In this document: positions 37,639 to 51,072 of the stretch, one piece after another
Position numbering within the stretch: position 1 is the stretch's first letter
How the letters are laid out: each line of letters begins with the position of its first letter
NCBI RefSeq assembly: GCF_009914755.1
Contig: NC_060947.1
Source of the DNA: the human T2T-CHM13v2.0 reference genome, Homo sapiens
Reading direction: 5' to 3' (one strand)
Length of the DNA stretch: 64,000 bases
The notes under the pieces: generated by a model
What the model was told of the DNA's origin: nothing
The model's database searches: none
What the model saw: the letters and a program-made list of their open reading frames with translations, nothing else
Position numbers and translations under genes: made by a program

Positions 37639-37817
37639 CATTGGCTCTCAAACTTGGCTGTAAATTGGGATCAACTGGGGAGCCATGAAAAGTATTGATC
37701 TGTTGGTACCACCCCCCAAAGATTTTGATTTAATTGATATAAGATGCAGAATGGGCTTTGGGTTTTTGAAAAGATCCCAAGCTGATTCTAGTATTCAGCA
37801 AAGATGGAAAACAACTG
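37639..37817. mobile_element. MER5A1-like MITE
   Basis: cattggctctcaaacttggctg...gattttgatttaattg...aaaacaactg. Confidence 0.78.
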
Positions 37818-37824
37818 GGTAGAG

Positions 37825-38015
37825 CAATAGTGTTTGTCTGTCTTGTGTTCCCCAGACTGAGAGCATCAACATCCCCTGAGAACTTCTTAGAAATGCAAAA
37901 TCTGGAGCCTCATCCCAAGTCTACTGCATCAGGAATCTGGAGAAGTGGGTAGCAGTCTACTCTCTAACAAGCCCACCAGGTGATTCTAATGCATGCTCCA
38001 GTTTGAGAATCACTG
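37825..38015. mobile_element. MER5A-like MITE
   Basis: gcatcaacatcccctgagaacttcttagaaatgcaaa...ccaggtgattctaatgcatgctccagtttgagaatcactg. Confidence 0.8.
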
Positions 38016-38040
38016 GTTTAGAATTGAGTGGGTAAATATG

Positions 38041-38411
38041 TGATATGGTTAGGCTTTGTGTCCCCATCCAGTCCTTGAGTTGTAATCCCCAGGTGTTGAG
38101 GGCAAGACCTAGTGGGAGGTGATTAGATCATTGGGGTGGTTTTCCCCATGCTGTTCTCATGATAGTGAGTGAGTTCTCATGAAATCTGATGGTTTTATAA
38201 GGGACTCTTCCCCCTTCACTTTATACACACGCGTGCACTCTTCTCTCGCCTGCCACCATGTGAAGAAGGTGCTTGCTTCCTCTTCCACCATGATTGTGAG
38301 TTTCCTGAGGCCCTCAGCCCTGTGGAACTGTGAGTCAATTAAATCTCTTCCCTTTATAAATTACCCAGTCGCAGGTATTTCTTCATAGCTGTGTGAGAAT
38401 GGGCCAATACA
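38041..38411 (+). mobile_element. THE1D-like (MaLR) solo LTR
   Basis: TGATATGG...AATACA ends. 5-bp TSD atatg / atacg. Confidence 0.9.
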
Positions 38412-38479
38412 ATACGCATCTAAAAGTAGGCCTGTTAGCCTTCCTCAGCAATTTCAGTTTCTTAGAGATGGTAACTATT

Positions 38480-38771
38480 TGAGTGCACTTAGTTGTTGAT
38501 GTTTATGTGCCATAGTACATGAAATAAGTGTAGGAAATAAACATATAAAATGACTTCACTGCTTTTTGCTACCATGCTTTCACTTTTACAAAAAAAAAGT
38601 CTGCAGTGGGAAAGAAAATAACATTAAAAATTAGAGAAGGGAAGAAGGAAGCAGCAGAGGTAAAGACTAAATAGAACATTTAGTTTGAAGCACAAGCTCA
38701 GAGATAAATGAAAAGCGATTTGAGAAAGTAGTGCTTAGTAGAAGATGGACAGAAGGGCTAAGGACAACCAT
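38480..38771 (+). repeat. Local direct repeat, copy 2
   Basis: Aligns to 36289-36602. Confidence 0.92.
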
Positions 38772-40949
38772 AATGATTACATGATATGAGTGAGTTGGCA
38801 TATTTGTCCCCAGGACTGGTCAGTTTTTACTAACCAGTGAGTCTTAGCCATTTCATCTGTGTCACTTTTTGGGGCCAGACCCTGGCCTGAATGAAGTTAA
38901 GAAATTGTGGAACTTATTTCCCAATCATCTGCTTCCCAACTCATGACATGACTTTTAGCAAATCTTTCAATTTGTTTGCAGTTTCCCTAAATTTACATAT
39001 ATAATGGAAACGAGTCTCTTCTATCCCTATAGTCTGCTCAGGGAAGTATCTCTCCTTAGTTCTCAGTGCTGCCCATCCTCCCCAGAGCTCTAGCCACAGT
39101 GGAACATATTGCTCTGTCAGAAAGCAGTGTTCTTTGGCTCCAAGTGCTGCTGGACCCAGAGAGAACCAGAATTTGGGGTAACAGAAACTTCGATTCTTCA
39201 GTGGTGGGGAGACTAGTCAAAGGAAGGACATGAGTAGAGGCATCTTTATCTTTTGAGGAATGCTGTTTTTCCCCCACCCCAATATAATGCTTTTTATCCT
39301 TAAAACTGTACCTCTGAGGATTAAAACATGTTTGGTGGCATTAACATGAAATACTTTTCACTGATGTAATTTTTCTGAGTCATAGGTAGGGAACAACTCT
39401 GTGACTATTAACATCTGGCTTGTTGTGGGCCTCTTCTAAGAGAGTTTGTACAAATCAGGCAATAGAAACTTCTAGCCAGAACAGAATTTAGAGATCTCAT
39501 TTTATGGACCAGAAAGTTGAGGCTTAAGGTCACCAGTTAGTTGAAGGCCAAGTTTTAACCATGCCCTGCTCCAGACGCATCTAAGCCAAATAATGACATT
39601 TCTTTAAAAGTTAATTTTCTTTCAGTTTGTTCTTTACTTTTGAGCTAGTATATACTTTTTTATAATGTTCAAAAGTTTAAAATGTCCAGGCATTTGGACA
39701 GCGCATTTTCCCTTACTGATGTTGGTGGATATGCCTATCAACTAATAGCAATGGGTGAGCCTCTGAAGGGGATTGCTGCAATCCCCTCTATGACAGTGTG
39801 ATGAAAAGTGTTTGTTACAACTGTAGGCATGCTATGTTAGCTTATGTTAGCTATTTGAACTAAGTCTGTAGAGCCTCGAATTCCAGGATGGTAGCAGCAG
39901 ACCTCACATCAATTATTTTCCCCTTTGAGTGGGGATATGTTCTCTGACTCTTGGCACATAGTAGTCTTCAGGATTGTAATCACAAAATCCTTTCCCCCTA
40001 TCCTAGAGAAACACTTTTGGGAGCTCCTTTTATCATCAGTGGGAGGGGGTGTGTTGAAAGTCTTGTCTGTACGTGTTTTCTGTGCTAATCTGAGAGCTGG
40101 ACCCAACCCCGGGACTTGGGTCACTTATGCACAGAGATCTCATTGTGAGGGGGGAGGAAAATGGCAGCTCCTCAGCTGCACTTTGAAATTTTGCATTAAA
40201 AAAAAAAACAGCAAGTATTCACAAGCCTCTTATTTAGTGAATGAATCCCTTTGTATTTACATCCTTCACAATTCAGGGAACAAATAGGGTTTAGTTGCTA
40301 GAAAGTGAAAACTTTAAATTCATCAGCATGGGGGAAATAGTAGGAAATTTAAATGAACAGTGGAAATTGCTCCATCTTAATTCCTTGGTACCTGTTCCTA
40401 AGGGCATGGCAAGCAATCCTTTATTTTTCAGTGTCTCCACCTCCAGTTTAGGGCATTATCCAAAAAGGAGTAGCAAAATGCTGAGCAGCATAAATCTGTA
40501 TTCGGCTGGTGTTGTGCTCACCTGAAATTCTTAAACAAAAGAGCAGAACAATTACTGAGGTTTGCTAATTGACAATTGCCAATAAATGGCCTACTTTCTG
40601 CCACGTGCCTTCATCTTGCCCCTGCTCCACCCCTTTTATCTAACACTGGTGTTTACTTCTCAAGAATGAGCAGACCAGTGAGGAAGCATTTTAAAGATCC
40701 AAGTCCATCAGAATAGATCTGAAAGAAAATTTTGAATTGACATTATTTCAAAATGGAAATGGGATAAATTCATTCTTGGGTTCTCCCACTCATAAGGCTA
40801 GTTTCAAGAAACTCTTCAATATTAATTAGTAGGCTGTGGACCCAGTTCTATGCAATTATGATGAGCCAGTTTTGGGAGCATCAAAGAGCTAACTTATCAT
40901 ATTTTTGAATTACCCATCTAGAAGCCTGAATATTTTTATATTTCCATAT

Positions 40950-41520
40950 TTCTTGAGTAGCACTTAATTTAATCTTAGCCCCATTGATTTCAATAAACCA
41001 TTGTTGCGTCTCATAAGCAGCACAGCTTCTTCCTCTAACTCATCTCCCCGTGAAATTGGTTTAATGAAGCAGAAAGGTATGAAGCATTAGCAACAGTGGA
41101 ATCCATGTGGTAGCACTTCATTTTTCAGAGGCACTCACATTTCCACCCTAATTTATAAAATCAGCACACAAATGATTTTTATCACGGCCATTACATCAGT
41201 ATAAATTACTGCCTTTTCTATAACACGGCAGTTAGTCAAACTGTTGAAATGATATCTATTAGTCAAAGAACGGGGGTGAGGGAGAGGTTGGAAAGAGTTA
41301 GTGAAAATGAGGTCTGATGGTTGTCTTACAGAACTACTAACATTAATTTACCATAATGAACACCGATGGGGTATTTTGCAAATGTACAGATGAAAATTAA
41401 ATTCACAAAGTGAAGCAAATAGGTCAATTTGTTCAGGACAAAGAAGGGGACCTTCAATAAACAAACGGTGCTATATGGAGACAGGCAGCAATGCAATTAG
41501 TCAGGCACTCCTCCTATCCG
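40950..41520. promoter_or_regulatory. Candidate non-coding regulatory block (enhancer-like)
   Basis: No recognisable repeat. Many TAAT/ATTA cores, SOX-like cattgt (40999-41004) and FOX-like aataaacaaac (41456-41466). Inference only. Confidence 0.35.
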
Positions 41521-42433
41521 GTGGGCAGACCGCAGCCGCCCTGGGCAGGAGCCATTGTTGTTCTCTCCCTCGTGGGTGTCTTCATTTATCTCATTGTAGG
41601 AACTGTCATCCTGGTTTTGTACCCCTCAGCTTCATGGTGTCAAATACATCCTGCCAGAGCCTCCTTGGAGAGTGCTACCCACTGGCATCCCTTCTTTTCA
41701 CTATTGCCACCTAGGTTGCTTGCCAGAACCTAGTTGCTCCTCCTTTTCAAGTTAGGCAAACCTCAGCCATCTGACCTCACTAATATGGGCCATGTGATTA
41801 TTTGAGTGGGATTGAGTTGACGAGCTCCTTTGCTCACTGTGAACAAGAGTTTACTAAGCAATTGATTAGCATGACAGTTTCTTTTGGAGAGAGGGTATGC
41901 ATGGATGGATACAGGAAGAGTTTAACCTGCAGAGAATAGATTGTCCACATGCTTCAGAAGTGACATTTAACCATAAACAATGTGCGGACAAATTGGAAGT
42001 CATTCTTGTCTATTGAGTGACATGGTCAGGCAATCCAATAGAGGATGGTATTTTCAAAGAGGAAGATCTTCAGCAGTTGTGATATAGATTTCAATGAAGT
42101 TTGGTATTCTGGTCAACATCACAGATATTTGTTTGTATGAAATGAGGTCAGTAGTTCACAGACCTACTAATCTTAATCTTTGACAAACCAAAATGAGTGA
42201 TATCTGGTATCAAGAGTCCTATAATAGAATCTAAAAACTTTTTGCTTTGGTTTTAAGTTAATCATCATTTGAGTTTATATGTTTTCATTGCCTGTTCTCA
42301 TCTAATTAGGAAGATGAAGGGTCTGTTCTTTAAATGATGACTTTAGAGATGTAATTCTTTCCTTAATTCCTTAAGTACTCTTTCTTAGTCCTAACCATGG
42401 GGAAAATATTACATTCTGCCAGTGATTTTAGAC

Positions 42434-42646
42434 CAGGGCTAGAAAACTTTTTCTGTTAAAAAGGGCCAGTAATAAATATTTTTGGCTCTGTAGGCCATAG
42501 AGTGTCTGACTTAACCCACCTATTATTACACAAAAGCAGCCACAGACAATGCATAAAAATCATGTGGCTCTGTTCCAATAAAACTATATTTACAAAAATT
42601 GGTGGTAGCCCCGATTTGGCCTATAGGCCATAGTTTGCTGACCCTG
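42434..42646 (+). mobile_element. MER58A (hAT-Charlie)
   Basis: cagggctagaaaactttttctgtta...gttccaataaaact...ggccatagtttgctgaccctg. Confidence 0.87.
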
Positions 42647-42924
42647 GTTTTGGAGCATAAGAAACTTTTATGGTATTAGGAAAATAAACACAAACCAAGG
42701 ATAAAACCGCAAAGCATGGTCATGAAGCTTCATCAAGCTACACTTGCAGGGAGGTTCCCTTTGCTTAGTTACCCCTCCCCTTTCTTAGGAAGCACAGTTT
42801 CCAATTCACAGCTAAACTTCAGTTATGTAAAACCTTTGGAGCTGCATGTATGCACCTAGCTTTCTTCTTCTAGTCTTCATACTTTTTTATACTATCATCT
42901 TTTTTTAATCTTGAGTTTTTAATT

Positions 42925-43064
<140 letters not shown>

Positions 43065-43519
43065 GAGCTTTTAATTTTTGATTTATGGTCTTCTACAGTA
43101 TTGTCTTTTGCTCTTGGACTTTATGGAAGGTGTGCCCTTTCTGATTGGTTCTTCAGGCCTGACTCTTGAGTTCAAATAAAACCCATCTCTTGGCAGTTCT
43201 TTTTCCCATACCTCAGATTTCCCTTGCCCCCAAATAAGGTATTCGTTCAGCTCAATTATTTCCTAGGATTCAACCCTGTTCAACCCCTCTGATGTTCTTT
43301 CTTCCATCTCTTGCTTTTTTTAACTTAGCATCCTTCTCAGCCCTGAAGAGTTATATACAGGTGAGTCTAGTATCGCAAAATGTGCTATACAGGGCTCCAT
43401 GCTCCAAAGAGCCCTAGCGAGTGATACATGAGTGACACATGTACATGCATGTTCTCTGTCTCTTGCTTTCTTTCCACAATGCACATGTATATATACACAC
43501 ACATACACATTTTTAAAAA

Positions 43520-43780
43520 TATTTACTATCTGCTAAGCATTCTGGTAAGCATTTTACATACATTAGCTCACTTAGTTACTATAAACATTCTGTTAAGGCA
43601 TGTTTTATATTATTAATATTATTTTTTATCAACATCATCATTATTTTCATCATCTCTGTTTTACAGATGAGAAAATGGAGACCCAGAGCAATTTAACCTT
43701 CCCAAGGTCACACAGTGAGAAAGTAGCACAGCCCAGATTTACATTCAGGTTGACCTGAACCAGAGCTTCTGCTCTCATTA
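43520..43780 (-). mobile_element. MIR
   Basis: ttttacagatgagaaaatggag...cccaaggtcacacag. Confidence 0.85.
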
Positions 43781-43835
43781 TCATGACAACAGAATGAGAG
43801 TGGTCAGTGCTCTGCTGCTATAGTTTCCCCAGAGA

Positions 43836-44270
43836 TGCTCATAAGAGAAATGCAAATCAAAACCATAATGAGATACTAGTTTATATACACTGGGATTATT
43901 ATAATTTTAAAAAGCAGATAAGTGTTGGCTAGGATGTGGAGAAATTGGAACCCTTATATATTGCTGATGGAAATGTAAAATATTACAAACACTGTGGGAA
44001 ACCTTACCTCAGAAGATTAAACATACCATATAATCCAGCAATTCCATTTCTAGATATATACCCAAAAGAAATGAAGGCATATGCTTATATAAAAATTTGT
44101 ATCCAAATATTTACAGCAGAATTATTCATAATAGCTAGAGAGAATAAATAGTCCAAATGTCCATTAACTAATGAGTGGATAAATAACATATATTATATCC
44201 ACATAATGGAATATTGTTTGGCAGTTAATGAATCTTGAAAATATTATGCTAAGTAAAAGAGGCTAGTCAT
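43836..44270 (+). mobile_element. L1MB-like ORF2 end / 3'UTR fragment
   Basis: gagaaatgcaaatcaaaaccataatgagatac. ORF 43936-44151 has PYNPAIPFLDIYPKE. Confidence 0.8.
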
Positions 44271-44271
44271 A

Positions 44272-44333
44272 GGCCAAGCTTGGTGGCTTACAGCTGTAAT
44301 CTCAGTACTTTGGGAGGCTGAGGCAGGAGGATC
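44272..44333 (+). mobile_element. Short Alu 5' fragment
   Basis: ggccaagctttggtggcttacagctgtaatctcagtactttgggaggctgaggcaggaggatc. Confidence 0.75.
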
Positions 44334-44479
44334 TGAGTAACAGGGACTTGACTGCTAGATGTTTGAGCCCATTTCCTGTCTTCCTGTGTTATCTCTATGT
44401 TGCTGTCACTCTATCTTCTGATGCTATTAATAAGTCTACAGGCCTTAGAGAAGCCTCTCCTAATTCTTGATCCAGGCCT

Positions 44480-44730
44480 CTAGTGTCATGTAGACAGCAT
44501 GGACTACAGTCATACAAACCTGGTTCAATATTTGGCTCTGACCCTTACTAGCTATGTAACACTAGAAAGGTTACTTAACCTCTCTGAGACTCAGTTTCTT
44601 CATTTTTAAAAGAAGGGACAATAATAGAAACTACCTCACATGGTTGTTATGAGGAAAGAAATAAATGATGAGCATAAAGCCCTTGTCCAGTGTCTGGCAC
44701 AAAGTATTTGCTATATACATCTTGGCTATC
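44480..44730 (+). mobile_element. MIR
   Basis: ggttacttaacctctctgagactcagtttcttcatt core. Confidence 0.85.
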
Positions 44731-44975
44731 TTAGATGCTGTTGGTATTCCATTTCCCCACGGGCTTCAATCACCACTGCTTCCCATCTACCCCACACAAT
44801 TTTCTTCAATCCCATGCCATCAACTATGATGAATTTATCAACTATTTTGGCTTCTGAGGGACATCCTGAACATTTTACTCTGGGTGACCCATATAGCCAT
44901 CCACTTCAGCTATCATTCACTCAATATTATCATATATTAAATAACATTTTTATTCAGATAGAAGCAAACATAATA

Positions 44976-45530
<555 letters not shown>

Positions 45531-45654
45531 TGGATCTGCTGGTACCTTGATCTTGGACTTTCCAGATTCCAGAACTGTGAGAGACAAATGTTTATTGTTT
45601 AAGCCACCCAGTCTATGGTGACTAATCTTACAGCAGCCTGAATTGACTATGACA
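45531..45654 (+). mobile_element. MLT1A-like LTR 3' part, opposite orientation
   Basis: ctgctggtaccttgatcttggactt...gtttaagccacccagtctatggt...gaca. Confidence 0.82.
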
Positions 45655-48600
45655 CTAGTCATTAGGAAAATGCAAATTAAAACCACAGTGCAACATTATT
45701 GCATACCTGTCAGAAAGACTAAAATGAAAAATAATGACAATACCAAATGCTAATGAGGATGAAGAGAACCTATCTGTCTCATACATTGATGGTAGGAATC
45801 TGAAATGGTATAGATTCTCTTTAAAGTTGTTTTGCCAAGCCCATCACGACTGGCTTTGCTCCCCATACCTGCCCGAGATGGAGCACATAGACCAGGGTCC
45901 TGTGGATTGCCATACCTATTCCACCACCTTGGGCACCTCAGCACTATTCCTGGGGGCCTGAATTTGGACCTAAATTCCTGGACACCACAACTTCATTTGG
46001 CGCTTACCTACAAGCACCACCTATGGGCCTGGAGACTGGCCTGCCCAGACAATCACAACCATCTCCAAGATCAATGCACACTCCTTGGGATTCAGAGAAT
46101 CATTCCACCACTACTATTGCCATCGCCCATGCCACATTGGCTGCCTATGGTCCCAATAACCCACCCACCCACCAGACACAGTGTTTTCACTACTGGCATC
46201 CAAGCAAATCACCTGGAGGCTCAAGAATTGTCATGCCTATAACTGCCAACACAGGTGCCAGGGTATACCACCCTGGGGCATATAAATAAATATAAAAATG
46301 CCCAGCTCACTGCTTCCACCACTGAGTCCTGGAGACTGGTCCATCTGGCATCCCAGTGCCATCACAACCTCACCATAGCCTACACTAATAACTTTACCCT
46401 AACCTACCAAGTAAATCACAGATGCCATTAATGCTGTTTACAGGCAAAGAAATCGTACAGAGACCACACAACTACATGAACTGAGAATCAAAGACAAGGT
46501 ACCCTACCCAACCAACACCATAGATATAACTTCAGGAAAAACTTATTCCCTATGAAGATAAATTCAAAATAGGAAGAAGCAATTGTTATACCAGATGTGC
46601 AGATGTCAAGGTAAGGACACAAGAAGCATGAAAAAGCAAGGAAATATGCCACCTCCAAAAGAACACAATAATTCTCCAGCAATAGATCATACTCAAAAAC
46701 AAATTGTTGAAATCCCAGATAAATAATTCAAAATGTTAATTTTAAAGAAGTTCAATGAAATACAAAAGAATAATGAAAAAACAATACAAAGAAATCAGAG
46801 AAACAATTAAGGATATGAATGAGAAATTTACCAAAGCAGCAGATATTTTTTAAAAGAACCAAATAGAAATTCTGAAACTGAAGAATTCATTGAAGAAAAT
46901 ACAAAGTACATTTTAAAGCTTCAAAAAAGACTAGAACAGGCAGAAGACATTTCTGCAGGTGAAGAAAGGTCTTTTGAAATAACGTAGTTACATAAACTTT
47001 TTAAAAAAAGAATAAAAAATAATGAACAAAGCCTCCCTAACATTTGGGACAATATAAGGGGACTGAGTATTCAAATTATCCGTATTCTCAAGGGTGAAGA
47101 GACAAAGAAAGGATTAGGAAACCTATTTAATGAAATATTAGACTAAAACTTCCCATGGGTAGCAAGAGATTTAGACATTCAGATACAAAAGGCTCAGCAA
47201 TCCCTAAGCAGATACACTGCAAAAAGTTCTCTATGGCACATTATATTTGGAATGCCTAAAATCAAAGAAAAAAACTGCAAGAGGAAAGCATCTAGTCTCT
47301 GTAAGGGAAATCCCATCAAATGTTACAGGGAAGATGCGAATGGGATGCTATCTTCAAAGTGAGGAAAGAAAAAACTGTCACCTTGAATACTATATTGAGA
47401 AAAATTATCCTTTATAAATAAAGGCAAAATAAAATCTTTCCCAGACAAGCAAATACTGAGGGAATTTGTTACCTCTAGACTAGTCCTACAAGAAATACTC
47501 CAAGGAGTCCTAAACCTGGATGTGAAAGGATGACATTTACCATCATTAAAACACAAGAAAGTAAAAAACTCACTGGTAAAGAAATCACACAAAGGAGAAA
47601 GAGGGAGTCAAAAGGTATAGAAAATATACCCTATAGAAATCCAACAATGATTATTAATAGGAGAACAAGAAGAAAAAACAGAGAATATGTAAAACAAACA
47701 GAAAACAATTAACATTATGATGGAATCAAAACCTCACATTGCCAATAATAACCTTGAATGTAAATGGATTAAGTTCTCCAAATAAAAGACATAGAATGGC
47801 TGAATGGATTAAAAATATGATACAACTATATGCTGCTTACAAGAAACCTACAAGTAAAGACACATATTAACTAAAAGTAAAGGTTGGAGAAAGATATTCC
47901 ATGCAAGTAAAAACCAAAAGCAAGCAGGAGTAGCTATACTTATATCAGATAAAAGAGACTTCATGTCAAGAACAATTTAAAAAAAGACAAAGAACATCAT
48001 TATATAAAGGGATCAATTTGGCAAGATAATATAATTCTAAATATTTATGCACCCAACACTGGAGCACCCCAGTTCATAAAGCAAATATTACTAGATCTAA
48101 ATAGAGAAATAACCTACAATACAATAATAGTGGGGGATTTCAACACACCACTCTCAGCATTAGACAGATTATCTAGACAGAAAATCAACAAAGAAACACT
48201 GGATTTAAAATGAGCTTTAGATGAAATGAAACTAACAGACATTTACAGAATATTCTATCCAACAACTGCAGAATATATATTCTCTTCATCAGCATATGAA
48301 GCATTCTCTAGGGTAGACCATAAGTATTCCACAAAATAAGTCTCTACAAATTGTAAAAGTCAAAAACTTTTCAAGTATCTTCTCAGACTACAGTGGAATA
48401 AAACTAGAAATCAATACCAAGAAGAATTTTTTAAACTATACAAATACATAGAAATTAAACAACATGCTCCTGAATGACCTTTTGGTCAATGAATAAATTA
48501 AGATGGAAATTAAGAAAAAGTTTCTTGAAGCCAATGATAATTGAAACAACATACAAAAAAACTATAGGATACAGCAAAAGCAGTGCTAAGAGGAAAGTTT

Positions 48601-49200
48601 ATAGCAATAAATGCCTACATCAAAAAAGTAGAAATATTACAAATTAATAACATAATGATTTGCATCAAGGAACTAGAAAAGCAGTAACAAACCAAACACC
48701 AAAATAGCAAGAAAAAACTCCCCATATCAGAGTAGAACTAAATGAAATAGAGACTAAAAAAGTGTATCTCAGAAATTTGTAAAAATAAAAAATGTAATTT
48801 TGCAACTTCTTGCAAAACGAAACCATATGATCCACAGCCTCACTCTTGAGGATTTATCCCAGAGAAATGAAAACTTACATTAACAAAAATGCCTCTACAC
48901 AAAAGTTTATTGCAGCTGTATTTATAGTAGCAAAAATTGGGGAAATACCCAGATATCCTTCAATGGGTGAATAAACAGTCTTTAGTATATTCATACCATG
49001 AAATACTACTCAGCAATAAAAAACAATAAACTGTCAATATATGAAACAACTTGCATGATTCTCCAGGGACTTACAATTTTGTACTTAAAAGTAAAAAAAA
49101 AAAACCTTTTCCAAAAGGTTACATGCAAAATGATTCTATTTGTATAACATGTATGATATGATAAAGTTTTAAAAATGGACAGATTAGTGGTTGCATCAGT
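45655..49200 (+). mobile_element. Old L1M 3' region (45655-45830 and 48790-49200) split by a later L1
   Basis: ORF2 C-terminal/3'UTR sequence is collinear across the insert. Confidence 0.65.
45832..48790 (+). mobile_element. L1M (L1MA-age) 5'UTR + ORF1 + ORF2 endonuclease region, lacking most of the 3' half
   Basis: C-rich UTR, ORF1 remnant ~46630-47530, EN motifs (tatgcacccaacactggagcacc, gggggatttcaacacaccactctc). Stops near 48760. Confidence 0.8.
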
Positions 49201-51072
49201 AGGAAAAGATAAACCAACAGAAACTTTTCCTGAGGAAGCCAAACATTAAACTTTCTAGACAAAATCTTTAAATCAACTGTCTTAAAAATACTTGAAGATC
49301 CAATGGAAGCCATGGAAAAAGAACTAAAGGAAACCAGAACAGTGTATCACCAAATAGAGAATTATAGTAAAAAGATAATTATTTAAAAATGTAATAGAAA
49401 ATTTTGAGCTGAAAAATATAATAACTGAAATGAAAACTGTAGTAGAGAGGTTACACAGTAGATTTGGTTAGGGTGAAAAAATAATTATCAAACTTGAAAA
49501 TAGCTCAGTAGAGATTATTCAGTCCAAGAAACGGAAAAAAAAATTAAAGAAAAATGAACAGGCTAGGAGACCTGTGGAATACCTTCAAGCAAATGAATGT
49601 GCTGTTAATGCATATCTCAGAGGGAGAAGAGAGAGAGTAAGGAGGCAGAAAAAGTATTTGAAGGATTAGTGGCTGAAAAGTACCCACGTTTGATGAAAGA
49701 TTTGCATCTATACCTCCAAAAAACTAAATGAACCGCTAGTATAATCTCAAAGAGGTCCTCACTGAGAAACGTTATTGTCAAATTGTTGAAGTCAGGGCAA
49801 GAGAAAATCTTAAAATCGTCAAGAGAAAAGCAACTCATTACATATAAGAGAAACAAAAAGATTAACGGCCACTTTCATCTCAGAAACCATGCAGGTCTGA
49901 AAGCACTGTGATTACATATTCAAAGTGCTAAAAGAAAGAACTATAAACTAAAATTTTTATATCTGGCCAAATTATCCTTCACAAATAAAGGAGAAATTAA
50001 GGCATTTCCAGATAAAAGCTGAAGAATTCTGTCCCTAGTAGACCTGCCCTACAAAAAATGCAAAAAGGGAGTCTTCTAAGGCTGAAATGAGAGGACATTA
50101 GACAATAAAGCCAAACAAAGAAATAAAGAACATTAAAGATAGCTACATAAATAAATGGGAAAGAGAAAAGTATTGCGCATTTTGTTTTAAATTCTCTTTT
50201 TTCCCTATATGATTTTAAAGGCAAATATATAAAACAATAATTATAAATCTTTGTTAAGGGAGACACAAAGTATGAAAATGTAATTTGTGACAATAACAAC
50301 ATGTAGGGTAGACGGAGCTATAAAGTAGCAGAATTTTACATAGTGTTGAAAGGAGGGAAAAACATAATTGAAGAGAGCAAGACAGTTGTACAATAATAGT
50401 TGGAAACTTCAATATCCCATTTTAAGTCCTGGATAGGACTAGAAGACTGAAGATGAATAAGAAAACAGGGGAATTGAACAAAACTATGAACTAATTAGGC
50501 CATATATGTATATGTATATGTATATATATATACATGAACTAATTAGGCCATATATATATATATATATGTTCACTCAACAATGGGAAAATATATGTTCTTC
50601 TGAAGTATACGTGAAACATTCTCCAGGACAGACTGCATGTTAGGCCACAGAAGAAGTTTCACTAAATTAAAAATGTTTTAAATCATACAAAGAATCTTCT
50701 CTAACCACAATGGAAGAAAACAATAACAGAAGGAAAATACAAAAAGTAAAATACATGTGAAAACTGAAAAACACAGTCATAAAATTGGATTAAAGAAGAA
50801 ATTATGAGTAAAATTGAAAAATACATTGAGATTAATGAAAACAAATCACAGCAATCGACATGTATGAGATACAACAAAATTAGTACTTGGAGGGACATTT
50901 ATGGCTGAAAATGCTTGGATTTAATAAGGAGAATGATCCCAAGTTAATAACCTAACATTATATATTAAGAAACTAGAAAAAGAAGAGCAAGCTAAACCAA
51001 AAGGTACCAGAAGGAGGGAAATAATAAAGATTAGAGTGGAGAAAATAAAAATAGAGAATAGAGAAATAATAG

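Noticed and set aside
42060-42140. Possible CR1/L3 RT fragment
   Set aside because: Resemblance too weak to call by eye.
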